64,000 nucleotides of DNA, taken from assembly GCA_002245135.1 (NCBI GenBank), contig NGBS01000872.1:434001-498000 (forward strand), read 5' to 3'. How positions within the stretch are numbered: the stretch's first letter is position 1; each line of letters starts with the position of its first letter. This DNA comes from Proteromonas lacertae. Its lineage: Eukaryota. The notes under the pieces are model-generated. The model made no database searches and had not been told where the DNA came from. It saw only the letters and a program-made list of their open reading frames with translations. Positions 11,329-23,589 of this stretch are shown one piece after another. A program made the position numbers and the translations under genes.

Positions 11329-12770
11329 TTTAGCTATTCTAGACTGGTGTAAGAGTAAAGCTTTTAAAATCTTCTATTAAAAATAAATTCATGAAGATGT
11401 CATTTACCATGTCAGATTTACAAAACATATAAAGAAGTAAATATAGAAGAAATATAAAGATGATAGTAAGATAGATATTCATAATTTAGATATCCACTAC
11501 CCAGACATTCTTTTCGAAAAATTGTTGATAATATTGGACATATTCATACTTTTGATAGATTATGTTAAATTTTGTTTGATATAATTTAAAATATTTAAAT
11601 GCAGTTTATAATAATCAATATATAATTCTTTATGATTATATTAAATTACAATCAAAACCATGTGGTATTTGACTTCATTCACATTTTTGATCAACTTTAG
11701 TTATTCTACTTACACTATATCCTATTCTTCTCAGTTTCAAGCAAATGAATGAGCGAATTTAAATATTCACAAATATTCTTCTTTTGATGAATGTTTTGTT
11801 GGAACCAACATAATTCAGAAGATTGTCTTAAACATGGATTTCTTCCTTTTACGCTATAATTATCATTATCTGATTCGTCATTCATTCATTCATATTGCTT
11901 TCATAGGTATTTATTCTATGCTTACACTGATTTCTCTTTATTTATTGCAAACGATATTTATATATAAATAAATTATACCATTAAACTACTTAGATACACT
12001 AAAATACAAATTAGTAAAATTATCATTGATAGCTATTCCACAACCACTTTTCTTAAAATCCACCTTGAAGTATTATTAATTGGAGCCCATTCTATTCCTA
12101 CTGTAAAAATACATTTATTATATACAAAATTATATTGATATCCATAGGACATAACCTAATAAACTTGAAAATAAATTGAATTTTCAAACTAAAGCTTGAA
12201 TAAGATTTTCAATTATTTAAAGGAATAGATGTATTTTATTACGAATTGTGTAAAAGAAATGGAGATGATTATGAACATATTAACCATATTCGGTGATAAG
12301 AACTGAAACAACGACGTAATTCCTTATTTTCTACATAATATAGGGTACAATAGATATAATAACAGTTGTTTACCTTTAGCTCCATCTACTTGAAGATAAA
12401 TCAGATAGTATAGATGGTAAAATAATGAAAGAAAGTAAAAATGAGGAGAGTAACAACTAGATGTAACAACTCCATCGATAAAATTGCAAGAAGCCAAAAT
12501 ATTTATAAAAGATAACGCTGATAGCTCAGATAAGGCTATTGTTGTAGCATTAAAAGAAAATGACTAAAAATATTAAAATAAAGAAATTATTCCTATTGTA
12601 GTGGAATGTCATAAGACCAATGTACTTGTTAAAGTGATAATTGAGACTTGTTTATAGAATAGAAAAGAAATAAAAATAGTATTGAGATTATGTGGTGATG
12701 TAGAAGTTTACTCTGTTTTAAACATACAAAGGTTTCTAAAATAGGTGATTTAATAAAGTAAAAGTAATAC

Positions 12771-13020
12771 AAAGTTAAAGAAGTAGCTGTACAATATATG
12801 AAAAGAGTAGTAGAAGGTTATGGAGGTAACTTCACTGTAGGTGTAAGAAATGCTTTAGAAAGCAAATTATCAAAGCATGATTCCAAAACCTGAAGTAAAT
12901 CATTCCAAATTCTTAGCTTGTCTCAATGACTGGTAGTTTTATAGATGTATTAGTAAAGAAGGTAAAATAGTAGAAGAAGGTGCAAATTTAGCTATAGTAG
13001 AAGCTATGCAAACTGAGAAA
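12771..13020 (+). pseudogene. Fragment of biotin-dependent carboxylase C-terminus (propionyl-CoA carboxylase alpha-like), right-arm copy
   Basis: With frameshifts it reads MIPKPEVNHSKFLAC-MTGSFIDVLV-KEGKIVEEGANLAIVEAMQTE. This is a biotinyl domain with EAMKM degraded to EAMQT. Confidence 0.7.
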
Positions 13021-16000
13021 AAAAGACACATTGATGTTATTATGGATTTCTGATTTGATTTTTAAGACAAAGGTTAAATTATCATTGAGTAACAAATAAA
13101 TATACATCTGTTAGTGTTTTGTATGTTTATAATTAGAAATATTTACAAATATGTTTGATAAAAGTATAAATAGGTACATATAAATATTATGTGTTACACA
13201 TGTGTATTATTTTATTATGCATATAAATCAATTATAAATAATTAAGGAAATAGCTAGATTACGAAAATTTGATTAATATAATTAAATAAATAAGTTTAAT
13301 AATCATCATATACACATAATATATTATTATATTGAGCCCTTACTTCCTATATAGGAGGCAGGTGCTCAAAAAATAAAAATTGAAAAAATGATCAAACTTA
13401 TGTTTGTGTCGATTCTTGTTATTTTTTGAGCACTCTCATTCAATAAGCATAATATATAAATAAAAATTGGAGATCCAAGATGCAGTTATTATGCTCTATA
13501 GTCTGGACCATGAGGTGCTCAAATTTTAAAAATAATGTCATAATGTGTGACTTGAAAGTTAACGAAATACAAAGATAAGTTCAGAAACGCTTAGTTTTAT
13601 GATAATAGTAAGATAAATATGAGTATTGAGGTTGAAACACCTCTAGAAATAGGGTGTCCAAATTTTGAGTGGCCACCCAAAACAAAAGATCCCTATATTT
13701 TGAGCATTCTCATCTAATAGTAAGATATTTAATAAAAAACCTGGAGATCCTGTGTACAGTTATTATGTACAATAGGCTGGGATCAAAAATGCTCAAATCA
13801 TTAAAAGATCGTGAAATTAGACCAAAAAAAAGTTGTGCTATCCCTACCATCTTCTCAGAATCTCTTAATTAAGCAATTATAGTCAAGTAATATAAAATAT
13901 TAGAGTCAAACTCTAACTAGATTAGGCGAGTTCAAATTTTGAACACGCGTCTAAACCCAAACTTCCCCTATACGATATTAGGCCAACGTAACTATTTTTG
14001 AAAACAAGTGTTGATTAGTAATATTGAAGGGCCATAGGTTACGTTTATGATATTAGAATCGAAAAAAGTCTTCTTAACGCTCAACGGCGCATTTAGCTCA
14101 ACGGCGCACAACATCATTAATGTATGATAGAATAAATAAACATGTTTTTGTTTATTTATTAATAATAATTATAATAATATTTCATTTGATGGACAGTTAA
14201 TTATTATCACTCTTATTTATTTATTAAATAAAAAGATAGATAACTTTGATAACGTATTATTATTTATAGATAATAATTTTAACAAATAATTCTTTTAATT
14301 ACTCAATTACATATATTATTTATATTTTGTGTTTATTATTTATTTATTTATGCTGACAATTATTGATTGATAAAAAATATAAGATATAAAAATTATTAGT
14401 AACTAAATACAAGCGAAAATATTGTTCATTTCATTTTTCATTCTATCCCATTCATAAATATTTGTAGCATGTGTTATTTTAACTATAATAATAACAACAT
14501 AAATAATAAATAAATTATTTAATATTCAACAAGAAAAATCTACTTTCTATAATTCTTATTTGTAGTTCTTCCTTTTCGAATGATAGATTTCTGTGTAAAA
14601 TTAGTTTAGTTCTATTATCAACGAATATTATTTTTATGCTTGTCCCATTGCAGCATAGTGTATTAGGAAATAACATCTTGAGCGAACTACTTATAGTATT
14701 TGTAATATTCTTGACATATATGTTGAAACTTTACAATTAATTATATTATACCTTTATATAGTCCGATTTCCTATTTAATAATACATTGAAATAAGTGACA
14801 ACATAAGAAAAGAAAATAGTATTCTTTTATATTCCTTATTTTGTTAATATACCTGTGATTATATCGATTTCAACTAATGTTACTCTTACTATCTAAATAT
14901 TATTATTTTCTAAATATATTGAGTATAGTAACTACAGAATAAACTACAAAGAGTTATAGAGCCAACCAGACGAAATTGTTTCAAATATTCAAGTATTAAA
15001 TCATATTTTGCTAAATATAACATTGAATCCTGTGATGCACAAACATAACTATATATGATAATACGAATTCGTCTCGATTTAGACATTTTAGGTCATTTTT
15101 ATCATATTTCACTTCATAACTCCATATATTATCAGCCGTTAATTCACAATTTATAACAGAACCTATTAGATAAGTATATAGTGCATATACAATGCGTAGG
15201 CTCAAAAAATAAAAATCAAGATAGTTTGTCAAATCAAAAGCTTGTGTTAAGAAATTTATTTTGCTTTTTTCTCATCCATTATCAGCTTAATAACAAAATA
15301 AACTGGAGATCCTAAGTGCAGTGATAATGCATAACTGATTTATGCACATAAAAGCGAAATGCAAAAATAGAGATTAATTATGTTTTCAATTAGAAATAAG
15401 AAAGCTTCAATTTTTTTAGAATAGATTAGTTATATGTTTTTGACCTAATTAAGTTTAATATCGAAGTTTAGAAACTATCGGACTAGCTAAAAAAAGTAAG
15501 GCTCAAAATTTGAACCTAAGGCTGAAAATACAATTTCTCTAATATAATACACTTTCTTCAATGTTAGGGTACTAAAAATAGAAAAAAGAAAGAATAAGTT
15601 CAAGCCTCACTCAAGCCTACTTTTTAATTTCTTTTTTAAATAAGTTATTGTTAAATTTATTGTAATGGCTGATGATTTTCATCAAATTCGCTATGATGTA
15701 ATAACATCGATTAATTACTGGAAAATTTATAAATTGTCATTCTTTATATATATTTGTAAATAACTCTTTTTATGTAATAATAATATCATATTAATTAATT
15801 GTAAGAATCTTTGTATCATATATTTTTACTTCCTGGCCGAAATTACTTCCTGAACACCAACATGTCTATCATACATTATAAAACTAAAAATATATTTCTA
15901 CATAGCTCATCGCCAATATCATAAATATAATATTAGTTTTTAATGAAAGTCTCCCAACGGCGTACAACAGTAATATGTAATAGGCAAGAGAATAGATTTC

Positions 16001-16063
16001 ATGAATAATATATAGCATGAAATAGCAATTTCATAATAATATATTCTTTATATTAAATCATAT

Positions 16064-19000
16064 TTATTCAATATTACCAAAATCATTTGATAATTCTTTC
16101 TTTTCTTCTTCTGAAATTCCATCTATTATAATTTTCCAAATTGATGAGAATGTTTCTAAAAATGATTTTAATTCTGATTTGTCTACATTTTCTTTAACAG
16201 TTATTGATAATTCATCTAAATAATAAAATACTTCTTTGTTTTCTTTCATTAAATTCATTTTACTTTCATCTAATTCATTTTCTGATATATCTATCTTTGT
16301 TAATGGTTTATATTCTTTCAATTTTTCTATTAATATTTTCAATCCTTTTTCATTCATTCCAACATCTATACAATTTATATACTAATATAAATACTTGAGA
16401 AATTTAATGATGAACGATAGTCAACAAATTTTTCTAAATATTTACATATTATCTCGATTCCTTCATCACCAATTGGATTATTATTAATTACAATATTATC
16501 TGCATCTTTTGTCAATGAATTCATTAATTCATTAAATCCTTTAGAAGTGATTCTGTTATTGGATAAATCAAGTCCCCAATAGTTTATTTGTTTAATGAAT
16601 GAAATATGAGAATCAGTCAAATTCATATCTATTTCATCATAAAAATATAGTAAATATACTTGAAAAATCATATTTTCTACTATCTATTCTTTTCTTTTTA
16701 ATACAATAATCAAAATAATACTCCAATTCTTCATTTGTCCATGATGAACATTTCATTTCTATAAATGGATATTTATCACTTTCTAATGATTTTGGACATA
16801 TTGATTTTAATCCATTCATTCTGATATTGTTTTGTAGTTTCATTTTTTTACACCCTCTAATTGTATCTATTTTGTTTGCTAATAATATCATACTTTCATC
16901 ATCAATTGATATATTTCTTAAATCTATTTCATTATAATCCATTAACAATTGTATAGTGTCTAATAACAATTTAAACCCAACATTACCTATTGGATTATCT
17001 ATTAAAAATTTATTAAATAAATATATATATATATACTATGCATGATCAACTTCTTAACACTTTTATACTCTTTCATACAATTCACTAAATTTATTATTCC
17101 ATCTGAATCTATACTATTTATGATTCATATCAAGTTTGTTAATAACTTCACGAATATTCTTCAAACCATCAACTAAATATTTTGATCCGATTGATGATAA
17201 TCCCATTTCTATTGCATACTATATGAAATTATTATACTTGAACAATCCATTCTTTTATCATAATTATTCTTATCTTGCATTAAACCCAAGTATGGAAATA
17301 GTATTTCCATTCCTTTATCTCCTATTTCATTTCCATTCAACTGGAATGAATTAAGATTTGAGAATAATGATAAATTGTTAATCAGCATGCCTATACTTTT
17401 ATAAGTTAGTTTATTATCTAAATAATAGAAAAATATCAAATAATACTTCTCAAATCTAGATATCTTATTTCTTTTAATTCATTAGATCTTAATGAAATGA
17501 ACGATTTGAAAACATCATCATCAATTTCTAAATCACTCAGATTCAATCCATTTTTATTATCTTTGATGTATTCTATCAATTCTGGAACGTCATTATCAAC
17601 TAGTAATTCTTTACTTCCATTAATATCAAACACTATATCAGAAATTGGAAAATTGGTGAATAAAGTTTTTAATCCTTTAGAATGAACATTGTTTTTTGTT
17701 TTTATATCTATTTTCTCAATATTTGGATATTTATATAATTCTTCTGATAAGTATTTCATTGATTCATCATTTAAATTCATATTTGAAATATTCAACTCAT
17801 TATTTTATTGATTAGCAAATGTAAGCATGGAATTAATAATTTGAATCCTTTTGGACCTATTGGATTATCTATTTCAAAATAATATAGTATAACAAATACA
17901 TGAAAGATTTATATATTTTAAATTCATGAAGAGGTTTGATTTCACAAATGATTCAATGAAATCATATGTGAGATGGCAAAAAGGTAAATACAATTCTTGT
18001 AGTTTTGGTAATTGAGATAAACATGATACAAATAATGATTGGTATTGGATTGGTCCACCTAAAAATATATACAATTATAATAATACAAAATTCAAGTTTT
18101 GTTGGATTGTTTAGTTTCAATACTTTAAACAAATATTTCATCCCTTCTTCACATGAACAAATACATTGTGAATCAATTCGGATTTTTTCTCTATCATTCC
18201 AATCATTTTTCATATCAAATATCATTTTATCTAGAAAACATTCTACATTCTTGTTGTCATTATGACGAATAGAGAACTTCAGTTTATCTGTTATTGATTT
18301 ATCTTCTTTATATATCTTCATCGTCAATAGGATTGATAGAATTCTTTCATTTGGTTTGTTGTTGTATAACTCGATTAATTCATTTCGAATTTCTATTCAA
18401 ATATTATTATAGTATTTATCATATATAATATATACTCTCATATCTATCATTTTTCATATAATATTCAGCTTCACAAGTGGTAAATGGAGATATATCTATT
18501 ATATAGTCATTATTATATAGTATTTCTTTTCTTTCTTTTCTTATCATTAAACTATCTTCTGAATCTTTCAATATCTCATTCATCTTGATCATTTCAGATT
18601 TTAACTCTTTTAAACTCAATCGATCTTCACTTTTTACTTTCAACATTCTGAATATCATCTCTTTTATAATTTCATCACATTTCATATCTAAACTGTATTT
18701 ACATATCAGAATATTATTAATTGTCTTAAGTATATTATCATCTTCATTAAATGGTAATTTCTTAAACATCATTTCATATAATATACATCCGATTGACCAA
18801 ATCACACTTCGATCATTACATTCTAAGCCATTTAACTCTTCTGGACTTTTGAAATACACACCGTACACTCCCATATCATTATCTTTTCTCAACAAATCCA
18901 AGAATAAATCACATAACTTTATATCATCTTCTCCTTCATATATGATGTTTGAACTCTTCAAATTACCAATTACTAAATCACACTCACTCAACATCAATAA

Positions 19001-19243
19001 ACTATCACATATACCACAGATCACACACCTAATATCATCACTTGACAAACATTCATTCTTTATCAAATCTTCTAAATCTCGGTAATAATAGCTTCTTTCA
19101 TATTTCACCATATTACACCCGATTATCTGGATTGGAGATGGATATGTAAATAATGGACAATGATCGAACAATATTGAACTGTTTTCATTAAATTGCAATA
19201 TCGCTTTTTCTTTTATTCCATCTACATTAATTATTTTCACCAT
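16064..19243 (-). CDS. Pseudokinase-LRR protein, copy C (two single-base indels: pseudogene or consensus error)
   Basis: Mirror of copy B, but it retains the ELNISNMNL segment missing in B. One base is missing at ~17803-17806 relative to copy E, and one base is extra at ~17117-17119 relative to B. Confidence 0.75.
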
Positions 19244-20089
19244 TTTAACCTCATTATCATGTTTTACGACTAAATCTACTTCGTTTTTACCCCTTTCGGC
19301 CCTTTTTTTTATCTATAATATATAACAATTAAAATACGTTAGAATGATAGAGTAATATTGATGATAATATATCATCATTGAAAAAATTTAAACTATTCAT
19401 CTTCAAACTTGTTTGTAATTTAAAATTATAACGTCTATTTTCAATTTTGAATTTTCTGTTTTTACATAGATGATTTGATACAGAAAGAATTATAGTGATT
19501 TTTACGATATATTTATTTGCATAAATTACATTTAGTCATTTTTATCCATGCTAGTTGGTGGATTAATTTCATAATCACTATCCTTATCTGCTGTTATAGC
19601 AACACCATCAAATCCAGATATATTAACTTGATCAATTAATGGATATGTACTGCTAAATGCTTTTATTTCACATAATTTTCATTTACCTTCTTTTACATCA
19701 CCTTTTTGAAGAATATCACATTCTGTTAATGCTTAACTTTAATGTAATATATTTGTTATATATCATATTATGACACATTCTGTTAATGCTGCATTCTGTT
19801 AATGCTCCACTCTAACACCAATAAATACAAAGTATATAGTTACATTGTGTAAAACAAAGCGAATTTATGGTAATTGAGTCAAAATTAACAAGCCAGCTTG
19901 ACTCAAGTATATAAGTCCTATTTGCAAAATAGATTAAAACAATTTAAAAGATGAATTTTGCTTTGAATGATGTATTGTCTTCCTCTGATTTTGAAGTATT
20001 TTAATTGTTATATATTATAGATAAAAAAAAGGGCCGAAAGGGGTAAAAACGAAGTAGATTTAGTCGTAAAACATGATAATGAGGTTAAA

Positions 20090-20128
20090 ATGGTGAAAAT
20101 AATTAATGTAGATGGAATAAAAGAAAAA
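20090..20128 (+). pseudogene. 5' stub of pseudokinase-LRR gene (copy D: MVKIINVDGIKEK) with its upstream region
   Basis: The ATG at 20090 and 13 codons are identical to the start of copies A and B, followed by an abrupt junction. Confidence 0.85.
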
Positions 20129-22615
20129 ATAAAAATGGATATTTATCTCTTTCTAATGATTTTGAACAAATTGATTTTAATCCATTCATTCTGATATTAT
20201 TTCCATTAAGATTTATTCTGTCGTAACACTCAATTGTATCTATTTTGTTTGCTAGTAATATCATACTTTCATCATCAATTGAAATATTTCTTAAATCCAT
20301 TACAAGTAGATATCTAACCATGTTTAAATTACTTAATAACAATTTAAATCCAGCATTACCTATTGGATTATCTATTAAACAATTATTAAATATATATATA
20401 TATATATATATACCACGAATAAACAAATTTTCAATTTTGTCATTTTCCTTCACATAATTCATCAAATACTCTATTCCATCTGAATCTATATTATTATCAC
20501 TTATATCAAGATATTCTAGCTTTTCATGAATATTCTTCAAACCATCAACTAAATATTTTAATCCGATTGATGATAATCCCATTTCTATTACACATTAAAT
20601 TATAATAATTAATAATAATATACTTGAACAGTCAACAGTACTACAGTTTTTCAATAAATGTATATATGGAGATAATAATTTCATACTGTCATCTCCTATT
20701 TCATTTCCATTCAACTGGAATGAATTAAGATTTGAGAATAATGATAAATTGTTAATCAGCATGCCTATACTTTTATAAGTTAGTTTATTATCTAAATAAT
20801 AGAAAAATATCAAATAATACTTCTCAAATCTAGATATCTTATTTCTTTTAATTCATTAGATCTTAATGAAATGAACGATTTGAAAACATCATCATCAATT
20901 TCTAAATCATTTAGAAACAACGTTTTACTTCTGTTTATATATTTCATTAATTTTAGAATTCTTTCATCTAGTAATAACTCTTCATATCCATTAATATCAA
21001 ACACTATATCAGAAATTGGAAAATTTGATGATATTTTCTTTAATCCTTTTGAATGTATATTGCTGTTGTATCTAATATCTATTTTCTCAATATTTGGATA
21101 TTTATATAATTCTTCTGATAAGTATTTCATTGATTCATCATTTAAATTCATATTTGAAATATTCAACTCATTATTTTTATTGATTAGCAAATGTAAGCAT
21201 GGAATTAATAATTTGAATCCTTTTGGACCTATTGGATTATCTATTTCAAAATAATATAGTATAACAAATACATGAAAGATTTATATATTTTAAATTCATG
21301 AAGAGGTTTGATTTCACAAATGATTCAATGAAATCATATGTGAGATGGCAAAAAGGTAAATACAATTCTTGTAGTTTTGGTAATTGAGATAAACATGATA
21401 CAAATAATGATTGGTATTGGATTGGTCCACCTAAAAATATATACAATTATAATAATACAAAATTCAAGTTTTGTTGGATTGTTTAGTTTCAATACTTTAA
21501 ACAAATATTTCATCCCTTCTTCACATGAACAAATACATTGTGAATCAATTCGGATTTTTTCTCTATCATTCCAATCATTTTTCATATCAAATATCATTTT
21601 ATCTAGAAAACATTCTACATTCTTGTTGTCATTATGACGAATAGAGAACTTCAGTTTATCTGTTATTGATTTATCTTCTTTATATATCTTCATCATCAAT
21701 AGGATTGATAGAATTCTTTCATTTGGTTTGTTGTTGTATAACTCGATTAATTCATTTCGAATTTCTATTCAAATATTATTATAGTATTTATCATATATAA
21801 TATATACTCTCATATCTATCGTTTTGCATATAATATTCAGCTTCACAAGTGGTAAATGGAGATATATCTATTATATAGTCATTATTATATAGTATTTCTT
21901 TTCTTTCTTTTCTTATCATTAAACTATCTTCTGAATCTTTCAATATCTCATTCATCTTGATCATTTCAGATTTTAACTCTTTTAAACTCAATCGATCTTC
22001 ACTTTTTACTTTCAACATTCTGAATATCATCTCTTTTATAATTTCATCACATTTCATATCTAAACTGTATTTACATATCAGAATATTATTAATTGTCTTA
22101 AGTATATTATCATCTTCATTAAATGGTAATTTCTTAAACATCATTTCATATAATATACATCCGATTGACCAAATCACACTTCGATCATTACATTCTAAGC
22201 CATTTAACTCTTCTGGACTTTTGAAATACACACCGTACACTCCCATATCATTATCTTTTCTCAACAAATCCAAGAATAAATCACATAACTTTATATCATT
22301 TTCTCCTTCATATATGATGTTTGAACTCTTCAAATTACCAATTATTAAATCACAGTCACTCAGCATCAATAAACTATCACATATACCATAGATCACACAC
22401 CTAATATCATCACTTGACAAACATTCATTCTTTATCAAATCTTCTAAATCTCGGTAATAATAGCTTCTTTCATATTTCACCACATTACACCCGATTATCT
22501 GGATTGGAGATGGATATGTAAATAATGGACAATGATCGAACAATATTGAACTGTTTTCATTAAATTGCAATATCACTTTTTCTTTTATTCCATCTACATT
22601 AATTATTTTCACCAT
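20103..22615 (-). CDS. Pseudokinase-LRR paralog, copy E (diverged LRRs, 3' truncated in exon 7 at the amplicon junction)
   Basis: The kinase ORF 21791-22615 differs from B at about 7 residues. Homology stops at SLERDKYPF (~20131), and the frame runs into the antisense of copy D to a stop at 20103. Confidence 0.8.
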
Positions 22616-22944
22616 TTTAACCTCATTATCATGTTTTATAACTAAATCTACTTCACTTTCACTCTTCTCAATTCTTCTTTTAATCTATTTGATAATAATC
22701 ACATAAATACTTTAGTATCAGAAGGTAACATTGTAGATAATACATCATTCAAAGCAGAATTCATCTTTTAAATTATTCTATGAAAATATATTCGTTACTT
22801 TTTGTTTTTTATATTTTAACAAGAATATTGTGTGCATAGATGAATTCATCAAATTATTTACTTGTACAATAACTATGATATGTATATTAAACCCAAATAA
22901 TAACAAAAAAAGCCCATTTCATATTTATTATTATTATCATACTC

Positions 22945-23498
22945 TTACACTATTGATCCAGCATTTGATGCAATTCTTGGCCATAAATCTCCACATTCTT
23001 TTGAAATTGGACCAGTAACAGCAGATCCTTTCATCTCTCCTTTTGGATTTACTATAACTCCAGCATTATCTTCAAAATAAATGAAATTTCCTGTTTTTCT
23101 GTGGAATGTTCTTCTTTGTCTTACAACAATAGCTGTTAAAACCTTCTTACGAAGTTCTGGCTTACCTTTCTTTACTGTAGCCATTACCATATCACCAACA
23201 GCTAATTATTAAACACATAAAATGTATACCAGCAGCTGGAAGCTTATTTAAAAGAGCTCCAAATCGTTTTACAGCAATAATGTAGAGATTCTTAGCACCT
23301 GTGTTATCAGCACAGTTAATTACAGCACCTACTGGTAAACCAAGTGTAATTCTAAATTTACTTCCTGAAGCACCACCACGACCTATGAGATAAATAGATA
23401 ATAAGGGAAAAGCAATATAATGGTTGTAAATAAAAACGAAATAAAATGACAATTCAAAAATTAGTAATTGAATAGTTAAATATACCTCTCTTTGACAT
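22945..23498 (-). CDS. RPL23: 60S ribosomal protein L23 (uL14)
   Basis: [37 protein letters not shown]...[23 protein letters not shown]. Introns at 23383-23485 and 23202-23229. Confidence 0.97.
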
Positions 23499-23589
23499 GA
23501 TTTAATCAAAATTAAGAAATGTGAAGAAATGGGTTATTGAAAATTTTCAAACAAGAATTTATTTTTTAAAACTGTTTTATGAATTAGTA

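Larger units (their letters stand above)
11878..20128 (-). repeat. Right arm of ~8.2 kb inverted repeat
   Basis: Starts at TCATTCATTCATTCATATTGCTTT (11878). Ends after GATGGAATAAAAGAAAAA (20128), where it abuts copy E. Confidence 0.95.

Noticed and set aside
13340..19395. Single-base and dinucleotide indels in the right arm as programmed variation
   Set aside because: All lie in homopolymer or TA runs (~13349, 15621, 17118, 17805, 19389), the typical pattern of long-read consensus error.
1168..20128. Whole inverted repeat as a giant TIR transposon or Polinton/viral insert
   Set aside because: No target-site duplication and no transposase, integrase, polymerase or capsid ORF. The ends fall inside host gene copies.
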